64,000 bases of DNA from Candidatus Saccharimonadales bacterium (GTDB taxonomy: Bacteria > Patescibacteriota > Saccharimonadia > Saccharimonadales > UBA7683), in assembly GCA_046350615.1 (NCBI GenBank), contig JAXMAA010000002.1, positions 85,204-149,203 of the forward strand. The letters are read 5' to 3'. Of this stretch, positions 42,201 to 50,773 are shown in pieces. The position numbers and the translations under genes are program-made. Numbering within the stretch: the stretch's first letter is position 1; every line of letters begins with the position of its first letter. Below the pieces are notes generated by a model. The model had not been told where the DNA came from. It ran no database searches and was given only the letters and a program-made list of their open reading frames with translations.

Positions 42201-42225
42201 CTATAATATAGACAACGGACTTCCA
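42200..42225 (+). repeat. cassette-array terminal repeat R4 (degenerate 26-mer only)
   Basis: GCTATAATATAGACAACGGACTTCCA has 6 mismatches to the R2 26-mer. It is not followed by the conserved module. Confidence 0.6.
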
Positions 42226-42247
42226 TACAAGAACTAAAGACAAATTA

Positions 42248-42275
42248 AAACCCCTCTGCACCTAGAGGGGTTTCT
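42248..42275. terminator. bidirectional terminator hairpin between convergent genes
   Basis: AAAACCCCTCT-GCACCT-AGAGGGGTTTCT. Confidence 0.55.
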
Positions 42276-42291
42276 GCTGATGGGGGTGTAT

Positions 42292-42888
42292 CTAAAAGTT
42301 ATACTCGTAGTCGCTGTTGTAATCATAGTCAAATTTAGTATCTGACTGTAGTGAGTTGCTGGAACTTCCGCTATCACGGACAGCTTTTTTAAATAAACTT
42401 TCTCCAGTAAGAGCTAGGACTATACCCCCAATTATCACAATTGTAGACATAACGACCGTGACTATAAAGATGGTTTTTGCCCATTTTGAATCACGAGCGG
42501 TTCTGGTGAGCGGCTGTCCTTCGGCATCTGTTTTTACAGAAAGATACACAACGAAGAAGTCAACAAGCGACCAAATGTAAGCAATGAGCAATAACACGCT
42601 TCCTAGGAGACCGACAACCGCAGATTTGGTAAAAATACCGAGAATTATTAACAGAAAATATCCTAAGAATAAACCAAGCCTTACAAAGCCAAGCGCTTTT
42701 TGGCCTAGGTAAAAGTTTCGAAGTCCTAGTATCCCACCATATGATGCAAGCAAGAAGGTTGCTAAAAAGTTTCGAGGCTCAGAAACTCCGCCTGGTGTGA
42801 CGTTCGTTGTGGGATAGGCTGTTGGTGCTGGAGCCGGTGTCACTAGCAGCGGCGATTCGGTTGGTTGTGGTCTTTGGATATCATCCAT
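42292..42888 (-). CDS. TM2 domain-containing membrane protein
   Basis: 198 aa. It has a Pro-rich N-terminus and a TM2-like core FLLASYGGILGLRNFYLGQKALGFVRLGLF. Confidence 0.6.
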   Translation of the reverse strand: MDDIQRPQPTESPLLVTPAPAPTAYPTTNVTPGGVSEPRNFLATFLLASYGGILGLRNFYLGQKALGFVRLGLFLGYFLLIILGIFTKSAVVGLLGSVLLLIAYIWSLVDFFVVYLSVKTDAEGQPLTRTARDSKWAKTIFIVTVVMSTIVIIGGIVLALTGESLFKKAVRDSGSSSNSLQSDTKFDYDYNSDYEYNF

Positions 42889-43019
42889 AAAATTCCTCTC
42901 AGTTTAACTTAAGGGGAATTATAGCATAAGTGGCATGAAAGCAATGTGATTATTGAAGCCTAGTATCTCATAATGTTTTCGAAGTTGTGGCAGAGTGGGC
43001 TAGCGAGTACAATAAAACT

Positions 43020-43364
43020 ATGAGTCTCGTTGATGAATATCTAGCCACACTCGAGCCACCACAGCAAGCGGAGCTAAAGCGAATTAAATCGTTAGTTACT
43101 CAACTGGTGCCAGAGGTTGAGGAAGTTATTGGCTACGGCATACCAACGTTTAAGTTTAAAGGCAAGAACCTTCTTCATTTTGCTGCGTATAAAGACCACC
43201 TGAGTTTATTCCCCGGTCCTGCGCCGATTAAGGAGTTCGAGAAAGAGCTTGCTGGTTATACGCTCTCAAAAGGTACTATTCAGTTTACAGTAGAAAAACC
43301 ACTTGCCAGAGAGCTCCTTATAAAAATCATCATGAGTTGCCGGAATCGTATCGAACAAGTTTAG
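43020..43364 (+). CDS. DUF1801 (YdhG-like) domain protein
   Basis: The start is taken at the ATG at 43020 (MSLVDEYL). The key stretch is GYGIPTFKFKGKNLLHFAAYKDHLSLFPG. Confidence 0.55.
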   Translation: MSLVDEYLATLEPPQQAELKRIKSLVTQLVPEVEEVIGYGIPTFKFKGKNLLHFAAYKDHLSLFPGPAPIKEFEKELAGYTLSKGTIQFTVEKPLARELLIKIIMSCRNRIEQV

Positions 43365-43411
43365 GCCCTGCTGGTTTAATTTTTACTCTACCTCTGTTAC
43401 ACTGAAGGGTA

Positions 43412-44230
43412 ATGAAAGAATTAAACGGTTCCGAACTAGCCGGTTTTATCAAAGAGCGTCAAGCGAAGGCGGTGCGCGGCTTACGTCAAGCCTATAACTT
43501 CCAGCCGAAACTTGCGATTGTAGTAACGGTTGAAAAGCCTGTAATCGAGATTTATATGCGCCTGAAAAAGCGCTATGGTGCCGATATCCTGATTGATGTC
43601 GACATCCATAGAGTTGAGCAATCCGAAGCACTGGCCGCTATCAAAAAGCTCAATCAAGATGCTGCCACACATGGCATTATTGTTCAATTACCGCTTGAAG
43701 ATCCGTCGCAGACTGATGAAATTGTGAATGCGGTTGCGCCTGAAAAAGACGTGGACGCGCTTGGCCAGGAGGCTATGTTTGATCCGGCCACGCCAACCGC
43801 AATTTTGTGGCTGCTTGCCGGATACGGCGTTGAGCTACGAGGGCGAAAAATTACCATTGTCGGTAGGGGCAAATTGGTTGGTGAACCGCTTGAGCGGATG
43901 CTGCGTGCCTCTCAAATTGATGCAACGGCCTATAATGAGTCTGATACGATTGAGGCCGCGGTAAGTAGCTCAGATATTATTATTACTGCCACAGGTTCAC
44001 CAGGTGTTATTACCAGCGAGATGATTCCCTTGAATGCCGTTGTGGTGGACGCTGGAGTGGCGGTTGAGGCTGGCAAGGCAGTAGGTGATTTAGCCGAGGA
44101 TGTGTACGAACGAGATGATCTTAAAATTACTCCCAAAAAAGGTGGCGTTGGCCCACTCACCGTCTGCGCATTATTTGAGAATGTCATTAAAGCCGCCAAG
44201 ATTTCCGCAGGAATAGATCTTAGAGCTTAG
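43412..44230 (+). CDS. folD: bifunctional methylenetetrahydrofolate dehydrogenase/cyclohydrolase FolD
   Basis: 272 aa. Motifs are GIIVQLPL, VVGRGKLVGEPL and KKGGVGPLTVCALFENV. Confidence 0.9.
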   Translation: MKELNGSELAGFIKERQAKAVRGLRQAYNFQPKLAIVVTVEKPVIEIYMRLKKRYGADILIDVDIHRVEQSEALAAIKKLNQDAATHGIIVQLPLEDPSQTDEIVNAVAPEKDVDALGQEAMFDPATPTAILWLLAGYGVELRGRKITIVGRGKLVGEPLERMLRASQIDATAYNESDTIEAAVSSSDIIITATGSPGVITSEMIPLNAVVVDAGVAVEAGKAVGDLAEDVYERDDLKITPKKGGVGPLTVCALFENVIKAAKISAGIDLRA

Positions 44231-44410
44231 TTCTTGGATGAAGAGTAGAGCTCTGATTTCGGTAATCTCGAGATTACTCCGTGCACATCCTCGGTTAGCT
44301 TCATAGCTCTTTGCCAAACAACCGGATCTTTAAACTATGCGTTGCCATACAGTGCTCCTGTAATCGTTAACTGTTTTTCTTCTAAGATCTAAGAATTAAG
44401 ATCTGCTATC

Positions 44411-44785
44411 TCAAGAATTAAGCGCAAGCTTAACCCTTTCCGCCACCTGTCGGGGTGTCATCTCGGCTTTGACAATAAATGAATGTACATTCAATCCCTT
44501 GAGTGATTTTGGGGCCTCTTCTTCACCCATATTTGTCAGAATAATCACTGTTACGTCCTTGCCCCAAGGTTTTTTACGAAGCTCGGCTAGCATCTCGTCC
44601 CCAGTCATCTCGGGCATCATAAGGTCAAGCAGGATTATGTCAGGCTTGAACTCTTCAGCCAGCTCTAGCCCCAGCCGACCGTTATCGGCTGTTTGCACCT
44701 CATAACCTTCTGTCTCAAACTTCAATCGATACATCTGGCTAATAGCCATGTCATCTTCTACAATCGCTACTTTTGCGGCGGCCAT
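44411..44785 (-). CDS. single-domain response regulator (CheY-like)
   Basis: 124 aa. Motifs are VAIVEDD, DIILLDLMMPEMTGDEML and VIILTN. Confidence 0.85.
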   Translation of the reverse strand: MAAAKVAIVEDDMAISQMYRLKFETEGYEVQTADNGRLGLELAEEFKPDIILLDLMMPEMTGDEMLAELRKKPWGKDVTVIILTNMGEEEAPKSLKGLNVHSFIVKAEMTPRQVAERVKLALNS

Positions 44786-44890
44786 TACGTTACCCTCTTT
44801 TAACTACTGTCTCTATGCTAGTTAAAAACAGCGTATGAATCAATAGCGTCAAGGGTTATAACGTACCGTATTGGTGTAGTATAGCTTTTA

Positions 44891-45709
44891 GTGAGTGATG
44901 CTATTCCCAAAAATATCAATCAACTGGCAGAAAAGAACACCGCTTTTCTAGCGCGGATGAATTTTACCCCGGGCAAAGATGACCCAGCCGAATTATGTAA
45001 TCCAGCTGAATATCGAAAAACAGGATTATTTGAAGATAACGTAGTGGATACCATTTTTAATGGTGGCTCGCCCGAAGAACAGGGTCATGTTAAATGGGTG
45101 GCAAGTAACCTAGCAATGGTACTTGTGAGGCCTGACATGCTTCATATTGCCCCAGCCATTGAAGCGTTTCTTGCAGAGCGATACAACTTAGTTTATACAG
45201 AAGATGTTGAAATGGATCCAACGAAGTATTGGAATATATATAAACACGATCTTTACAGGATTGAAACCATGCACACAAGGTTGACGCGAGCTGCAATGTA
45301 CATTGGTTCAACCTGCCGTCTAGTGGTTTTTAGTACAAACAATTACACGAGGGTATTAGCTAACGATATCTATTCTAAGCTCAAGGGAAACCAGGGTGTA
45401 TACACCGGAGGCACGCTCAGGGGGGATTTAGTATATAGGGAAGGCTTAAGACTCGGGCTTGATAGACTTGACGAAAAAGACCTAGATCCGCGTGTAGCCG
45501 TAGCGACTGACATGTTTGGAGCTTACCGAGCAAGTGCCCTACTGCCTACTGGCCCCCATATAGGGTTGGCTCGGCCACTACTATTTTACACAGGGGTAGG
45601 TGTACATATTCCTAATGGTACTGAGGTGCACGGTGACCTCGCGCAGTTTCTTGGCCCGGATGACTTTCTTCAACAAGCTGAAGATATGCCGGAAGTGCGA
45701 GACCACTAA
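44891..45709 (+). CDS. hypothetical protein with a weak nucleoside-diphosphate-kinase-like pattern
   Basis: 272 aa with a GTG start. MVLVRPD, LKGNQGVYTGGTLRGDL and GVHIPNGTEVHGD loosely recall the NDK fold. The call is tentative. Confidence 0.35.
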   Translation: MSDAIPKNINQLAEKNTAFLARMNFTPGKDDPAELCNPAEYRKTGLFEDNVVDTIFNGGSPEEQGHVKWVASNLAMVLVRPDMLHIAPAIEAFLAERYNLVYTEDVEMDPTKYWNIYKHDLYRIETMHTRLTRAAMYIGSTCRLVVFSTNNYTRVLANDIYSKLKGNQGVYTGGTLRGDLVYREGLRLGLDRLDEKDLDPRVAVATDMFGAYRASALLPTGPHIGLARPLLFYTGVGVHIPNGTEVHGDLAQFLGPDDFLQQAEDMPEVRDH

Positions 45710-46496
45710 TATGTCGAGCCAATTCAGATGGCAGTCGTGAGACATCAAGCTCTCCTCGTGCATTAGAAGATACGCCGCTGCTGCTGGCTACATCACATGT
45801 CCATGCGCTTTGTAGGGTTTCATCGGGCTTTCCGATATTAATAACGTTTAAAAAATCGCTGCCCCAGCCTGATATCATTGCTGGGCTATATTCAAGTACC
45901 ACTCTTTGGCAGACCATACGGAGTATTAGCTCTGGGTTACGGGTAAATACATCACCATCAATCACGGTGGTTGGCGCTTCACCCTTTAAGCTAAAGTGTT
46001 CCAGCATTGCTTTCCAGCCTGTTTTAGAAAAGTCCTTAGATCTCGGACTGTCTACTAATATTTCAACTACTCGATCCAAGTAAGGGTATATGTCATCCTG
46101 CTGAAGTTGACTTGATCCTGGAAATATCTCACTATCGTTAACGAGGCGAGTGAGCAGGGAGCCTATTTGTACTAAAGGGTTACGTATAGTGAAAATGGTA
46201 TGCGTGGCAATCTCGTTAAGCGCAGTAAAGTCGCCCGCACTTAAATACGAGGCCATATTCTTGACTATAACTAGATGTGGTTCCTGCACCTGCTCTAGCA
46301 CTGCAAGTATTGATTCAGCCGCAGTGTCAAGGTCTGCATTTTCTCTATTGAACGGTTCGTTTACAAAAATACTTGGGGTTGAAGATTCGTTTAGCGCTCG
46401 ACAAAATGCAGTCGAAATTGAACGTGGAACCCCCACTACATTTATAAAGCCCGGGCTTTCGTCAATGTACTCACCTAATTCTTCAAAGCCACTCAT
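45612..46496 (-). CDS. P-loop sulfotransferase-like protein
   Basis: 294 aa. INVVGVPRSISTAF resembles the PAPS-binding PxxSGST loop. The 3' end overlaps the convergent gene by 98 nt. Confidence 0.4.
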   Translation of the reverse strand: MSGFEELGEYIDESPGFINVVGVPRSISTAFCRALNESSTPSIFVNEPFNRENADLDTAAESILAVLEQVQEPHLVIVKNMASYLSAGDFTALNEIATHTIFTIRNPLVQIGSLLTRLVNDSEIFPGSSQLQQDDIYPYLDRVVEILVDSPRSKDFSKTGWKAMLEHFSLKGEAPTTVIDGDVFTRNPELILRMVCQRVVLEYSPAMISGWGSDFLNVINIGKPDETLQSAWTCDVASSSGVSSNARGELDVSRLPSELARHISGLALPAYLQLVEESHPGQETARGHRAPQYH

Positions 46497-46571
46497 AAAG
46501 ATATACTATCAACAATAGCAATCTTATACACAAGCGAGATTGACCGATTTTGTATATGATACAGTTGGGGC

Positions 46572-47123
46572 ATGAGTAAACCAAAGCCATGGAAAAAAAT
46601 CTCCAGTAAACAAATACTTGACGACCCCCAACTTTCTATAAACGAAGATATTGTAGAGTTGCCAAATGGTAAACGCTCACGTTACGTGCTGCACGCGCAT
46701 ACAGATCTTCATTCCGTGCTCATAATAGCCCAGAACTCGGAGGGTAAGTTTCTTGTACAGAGAGAGTATAGCTACCCACCCAACGAGGTTATGTGGCAAT
46801 TACCGGGGGGTGCTATGGAACTTGGCGAGACAGTTAAGGACGCGGCTCTTCGGGAGCTTGCAGAAGAGTGCGGCTACAGTTCTAAAAATGTTATTGATCT
46901 CGGATACTTTTATGTTCAGAACCGCAAATCAAACCGAAAGCAATATGTAGTCATCTGCTCCGATCTATTCGAACATGTGCTTGAAGGTGATCCGGATGAA
47001 TTTATAGAGTTGCACTGGCTCACATTAAAAGAAATACACGAAAAGGTCTCAAGAGGAGAAATCGTAAATATTAACTTTTTAGCGGCTTTGTCGCTTATGC
47101 ACCACAACGGAGTAAAAGCATGA
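46572..47123 (+). CDS. NUDIX hydrolase (ADP-ribose pyrophosphatase-like)
   Basis: 183 aa with the Nudix box GGAMELGETVKDAALRELAEECGY. Confidence 0.75.
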   Translation: MSKPKPWKKISSKQILDDPQLSINEDIVELPNGKRSRYVLHAHTDLHSVLIIAQNSEGKFLVQREYSYPPNEVMWQLPGGAMELGETVKDAALRELAEECGYSSKNVIDLGYFYVQNRKSNRKQYVVICSDLFEHVLEGDPDEFIELHWLTLKEIHEKVSRGEIVNINFLAALSLMHHNGVKA

Positions 47124-48259
47124 AGGTTCTAGTAGTTTCACCAAAGTTTCACCCGATTATAGGTGGCGGTGAGACATTTGTAATAAATTCAGTCGAACGG
47201 CTTATTAAGCTCGGTCACGATGTTCAGGTCGCGGTTGAGCCAAATCAGAATCGAAGAATCTCTGAATACAAATATCCCGTACATGAAGTTAATGGTTTGT
47301 GTGATTTACCCTTAGACCCTCTTGCCGCAACGGACGGTTTATTTGTGCTTCTTGAAGATTTCAGGCCGGATATTATTCATGTCCATGGTTACTTTGCGCT
47401 CTTGGCAACGTATCTTGCAAATAAAGCTAATATTCCTGTGTTGGCATCGATTCACAGTACCCCTGTCTGGGGCGAAAGAATTGTCGGGGGTATGTCTGGG
47501 TTTGAGCAGGAGCGATTATTCGCTGAAAAAATTCTTAAGGCCACACTACCTAAAGCTGTTACTGCGGCAAATGAAGTGTACGCTGTAGCAGCACGCAAGT
47601 TAGCTAAAGACGTCGTTCCAGTTATTGAATTCCCGTACCCAATTCTTTCGGAGTTCTATCAACAGCAAGACAAAAATTATTATCGTAAACAATTCCGATT
47701 ACTAGACAAGGATATATTGTTAATGGTTCCATCAAGAATTATTGAGCGTAAAGGAATTCGTGAGGCAGTTTACGCTCTTAGCAAATTGCCCGAACACTTC
47801 TACCTATGCTTGCCTTGTGCAGGGACTCCAAACGATCTACTCTATTGGAACAATATTGAAAGTTCTGAGCAGTTTAAATCTGTATCAGAGCGGATAATTA
47901 TCCCAAATACTCGTATATTGCCAGAAGAAATGCCCAGTCTATATGCAGCGAGTAATATAATATTAATGCCCTCATATTATGAGGGTGCCCCTGTAGCAAC
48001 CGTAGAAGCCATGGCTACCAAGACTCCATTTATTGGCGCGGACTCACAAGGTATCAACGGTTTTATTAGACATTTAGAAAACGGTTTACTTGTACCTCAA
48101 AAGGATCCAGATGCATTGGCAGAAGCGATCACTTTGGTCGCATCGGATAAAGTATTGGCCAAGAGTATGGCTGAACAGGCAGGTGATGATGTCCTGCATC
48201 TTTCTTGGGATCATCAACAACACAATCTTGTTGAGCTATACAAATCTTTATTCAAGTAA
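47120..48259 (+). CDS. GT4-family glycosyltransferase
   Basis: 379 aa, overlapping the upstream stop. It has an N-terminal GGGE motif and the C-terminal EGAPVATVEAMATKTPFIGADSQG. Confidence 0.8.
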   Translation: MKVLVVSPKFHPIIGGGETFVINSVERLIKLGHDVQVAVEPNQNRRISEYKYPVHEVNGLCDLPLDPLAATDGLFVLLEDFRPDIIHVHGYFALLATYLANKANIPVLASIHSTPVWGERIVGGMSGFEQERLFAEKILKATLPKAVTAANEVYAVAARKLAKDVVPVIEFPYPILSEFYQQQDKNYYRKQFRLLDKDILLMVPSRIIERKGIREAVYALSKLPEHFYLCLPCAGTPNDLLYWNNIESSEQFKSVSERIIIPNTRILPEEMPSLYAASNIILMPSYYEGAPVATVEAMATKTPFIGADSQGINGFIRHLENGLLVPQKDPDALAEAITLVASDKVLAKSMAEQAGDDVLHLSWDHQQHNLVELYKSLFK

Positions 48260-48263
48260 AGAT

Positions 48264-48641
48264 TTACGTATCTAAACTGGATAAAACTTTTTCAACGTGT
48301 TCAAGTATTTTTTGTGGGGTGGAATTTGCTTTAATAATAAAGTCGCTGATTCCAAGATGCCAGAGCGTACGAGGGGCCTCGTCTTTGCTGATATTAGTGA
48401 GAATAATTACTGGGATATTCTCGCCCCAATCAGTACTTCGCAGTTCTCTCAGCATCTCATCACCAGTCATTTTGGGCATCATCAAGTCCAGCAAAATCAA
48501 GTCTGGCTGCTCTTTTTCCACCATCGCCAAGCCCTCGACGCCATCGCTAGCCTCAATAACGCTAAAATTAGAAAACTGCAACTTCAGCGCATACATCCGC
48601 CGAATAGCCACCTCATCCTCAATAATCGCGATTTTATACAT
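48264..48641 (-). CDS. single-domain response regulator (CheY-like), paralog of 44411..44785
   Basis: 125 aa. Motifs are IAIIEDE, DLILLDLMMPKMTGDEML and VIILTN. Confidence 0.85.
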   Translation of the reverse strand: MYKIAIIEDEVAIRRMYALKLQFSNFSVIEASDGVEGLAMVEKEQPDLILLDLMMPKMTGDEMLRELRSTDWGENIPVIILTNISKDEAPRTLWHLGISDFIIKANSTPQKILEHVEKVLSSLDT

Positions 48642-48779
48642 ACTTTCTACTTCCTAAATAAAAAAAGAAGCCCCCTCAACGGATGACTTCGCTCTTTATA
48701 TAAATGTTCTAATCTAAGCTAACTATATACTAACTGGTGCTATACGTACAAGCGAATCCCACCGTCTTTACAAAAACTG

Positions 48780-48808
48780 TTGACAAATTAAGACAGCTGT
48801 AGTATAAT
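48780..48808 (+). promoter_or_regulatory. consensus sigma-70-type promoter
   Basis: TTGACA, an exactly 17-nt spacer, then TATAAT. It lies about 90 nt upstream of the decarboxylase ATG. Confidence 0.7.
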
Positions 48809-48837
48809 TTGACTTAGTTTCGATAATATTTACAAAT

Positions 48838-48886
48838 AGACGTAAGCAAGACTAGTTTAATCAAACTGGTTTTGCCCGTCTTTTTT
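48838..48886 (+). terminator. terminator-like hairpin inside the 5' leader (possible attenuator)
   Basis: AGACG...ACTAGTTT-AATC-AAACTGGT...CGTCT is followed by TTTTTT and ends 14 nt before the ATG at 48900. Confidence 0.45.
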
Positions 48887-48899
48887 AATAAGAAAATAT

Positions 48900-50066
48900 A
48901 TGAATATTACTACGCAAAAATATTGGATTAAGCAAGCAGCAAAGCTGGATGCTTCTGAAACCCCGCTCTTTGTAACCGATCTCGAAATTATTAGAAAGAA
49001 GATACACGAGTTTAAGACAGCTCTTCCTCGAGTAAATCTTATGTATGCTATCAAGGCACTTTCTTCAAAGGAAGTAATAGAGGACATTCAAGACCTTGTA
49101 GATGGGTTTGACATCGCATCTTTCGGTGAGTTCCAGCACTTACAAAAGATTGTAGGTGATAAAAGGAATCTCGGGAAAAAGATACTCTATAGTAATCCTG
49201 TAAAAATACCACGTCACATAGAAGGGGCGTACAAGGCTGGTGTAAGAAGATTCGCATTCGATTCCGCAAGTGAACTACAAAAAATTGCACAGTATGCACC
49301 TGGATCAGAGGTATACCTTAGAATAAGAGTTTCCGATAGAGGCAGTTCGTTTCCCCTTTCAAAAAAGTTTGGTGCTGACACTACGCACGCTGTCGCATTG
49401 TTTGGAACGGCTAAAGACCTGGGGTTAAATCCAATAGGTCTTACCTTTCATGTTGGGTCCCAGTCTGAAAATCTCATTGTCTGGGAATGGGCACTTGAAA
49501 AGTGTGGCGAGGTTATTAGGCGACTGACTGAAAGTGGATTTAGAGTAACGATGATCAATATCGGCGGAGGCTTCCCCGCGAGATATGTAGAAGGAGTTCC
49601 TCCAATAAAGAAAGTAGCTAAAGTTATCAATAAAGCATTAGATACACATATTTCTCGTGACGTCGAGGTTTATGCAGAGCCTGGAAGATACGTTGTCGCC
49701 GAATCGAGTATCATTCTCAGTACTGTTATAGGGAGAGAGCATAGATCGGGTCAGGAATGGCTCTATCTTGATATGGGCGTTTTCCAAGGTCTCATGGAGT
49801 GTCTTGAAATGGATGACTGGAAGTATCCCGTATTTACGGAAACGACTCACAAGAGTTCTGCATTGCCGTATAGCTTTACTCTAACCGGTCCTACCTGTGA
49901 TGCATACGATACGATAGGGTTTGATATCCCTTTACCCTCAAGCACTACTATTGGTGATAGGGTTATCATCGGAAGTGTTGGCGCCTACTCAGTAGTCTAT
50001 GGTTCAAACTTTAATGGGTTTGAAATGCCCGAGTATGTATTTATCAATCAAAAGAAGAGGAAGTAG
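48900..50066 (+). CDS. PLP-dependent group IV decarboxylase (ornithine/lysine/diaminopimelate decarboxylase family)
   Basis: 388 aa. Motifs are YAIKA (PLP Lys), HVGSQ, GGGFP, EPGRYVV and GPTCDAYD. Confidence 0.8.
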   Translation: MNITTQKYWIKQAAKLDASETPLFVTDLEIIRKKIHEFKTALPRVNLMYAIKALSSKEVIEDIQDLVDGFDIASFGEFQHLQKIVGDKRNLGKKILYSNPVKIPRHIEGAYKAGVRRFAFDSASELQKIAQYAPGSEVYLRIRVSDRGSSFPLSKKFGADTTHAVALFGTAKDLGLNPIGLTFHVGSQSENLIVWEWALEKCGEVIRRLTESGFRVTMINIGGGFPARYVEGVPPIKKVAKVINKALDTHISRDVEVYAEPGRYVVAESSIILSTVIGREHRSGQEWLYLDMGVFQGLMECLEMDDWKYPVFTETTHKSSALPYSFTLTGPTCDAYDTIGFDIPLPSSTTIGDRVIIGSVGAYSVVYGSNFNGFEMPEYVFINQKKRK

Positions 50067-50068
50067 AT

Positions 50069-50773
50069 ATGGTAAAAACACCAGAAGATATTCAGGCTAC
50101 CCCGGATCAGCGGGAAGTAGAAAGTATGGGTCCACAGGTTTTAATAATTGGGCCCGAAAGCCCATTCTGGCCGTTGGCCCAAGAAATCGAGGCAGAGGTT
50201 TTTGTTGATGCGGGTTACGTAGAAGATGCACAGGAGCTTGCGGAAGAATATAAACCGTACGACAGTATCTTTTTTACGATGGTTGAGGGTGGTCAAATAA
50301 GGGGTGTTCTGAGGATTATTAGACATAGCGACTCGGGTTTTAAGACGCTCGAGGATGCCAAGACGGGAAAATTGAATATTGATAATGAATGGATGCAGCG
50401 GTTTACGCATGAAGCTCAAAAGCAAATCTTTGAAGTCGGGACAATAGGCGTCCCCAAAGCCTATCGAACCAAAGATGCAGGAAGAGCATCAATATGGCTA
50501 TACGGTGCAGTACTCGGGTATAGCAGAAGAGAGGGCCTGCCTCATGCTGTCGCCAGTTTCGATGCTGAATATTTTGAGGGATTCAAGGGTCTGTTTGGTG
50601 ATGGTCTGCAGCAAATGGGTCCAGTTGTTGATTATATGGGCTCAGATACGGTGCCCGTCTATATGACCGAATCTACCGCTTATGCTAGTATATGTTCTGT
50701 AGACCCTACAGAGCGAGCTAAAGCGAACGCTCGATCTAGGTGCTCAGCAGATCATAAATGCCTGATTCAATAG
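50069..50773 (+). CDS. GNAT-fold protein resembling N-acyl amino acid / autoinducer synthases
   Basis: 234 aa, starting 2 nt after the decarboxylase stop. The pattern EIEAEVFVDAGYV...EYKPYDSIFFTMVEGGQIRGVLRII...FEVGTIGVPKAYR recalls LuxI/FeeM-like acyltransferases. The call is tentative. Confidence 0.35.
   Translation: MVKTPEDIQATPDQREVESMGPQVLIIGPESPFWPLAQEIEAEVFVDAGYVEDAQELAEEYKPYDSIFFTMVEGGQIRGVLRIIRHSDSGFKTLEDAKTGKLNIDNEWMQRFTHEAQKQIFEVGTIGVPKAYRTKDAGRASIWLYGAVLGYSRREGLPHAVASFDAEYFEGFKGLFGDGLQQMGPVVDYMGSDTVPVYMTESTAYASICSVDPTERAKANARSRCSADHKCLIQ

Noticed and set aside
44262-44277. A perfect 16-nt palindrome GTAATCTCGAGATTAC between the convergent folD and response-regulator genes.
   Set aside because: It has no loop and no T-tract, so it is not an obvious terminator, and it sits at gene 3' ends, so it is not an obvious operator. 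I noted it but could not support any functional call.
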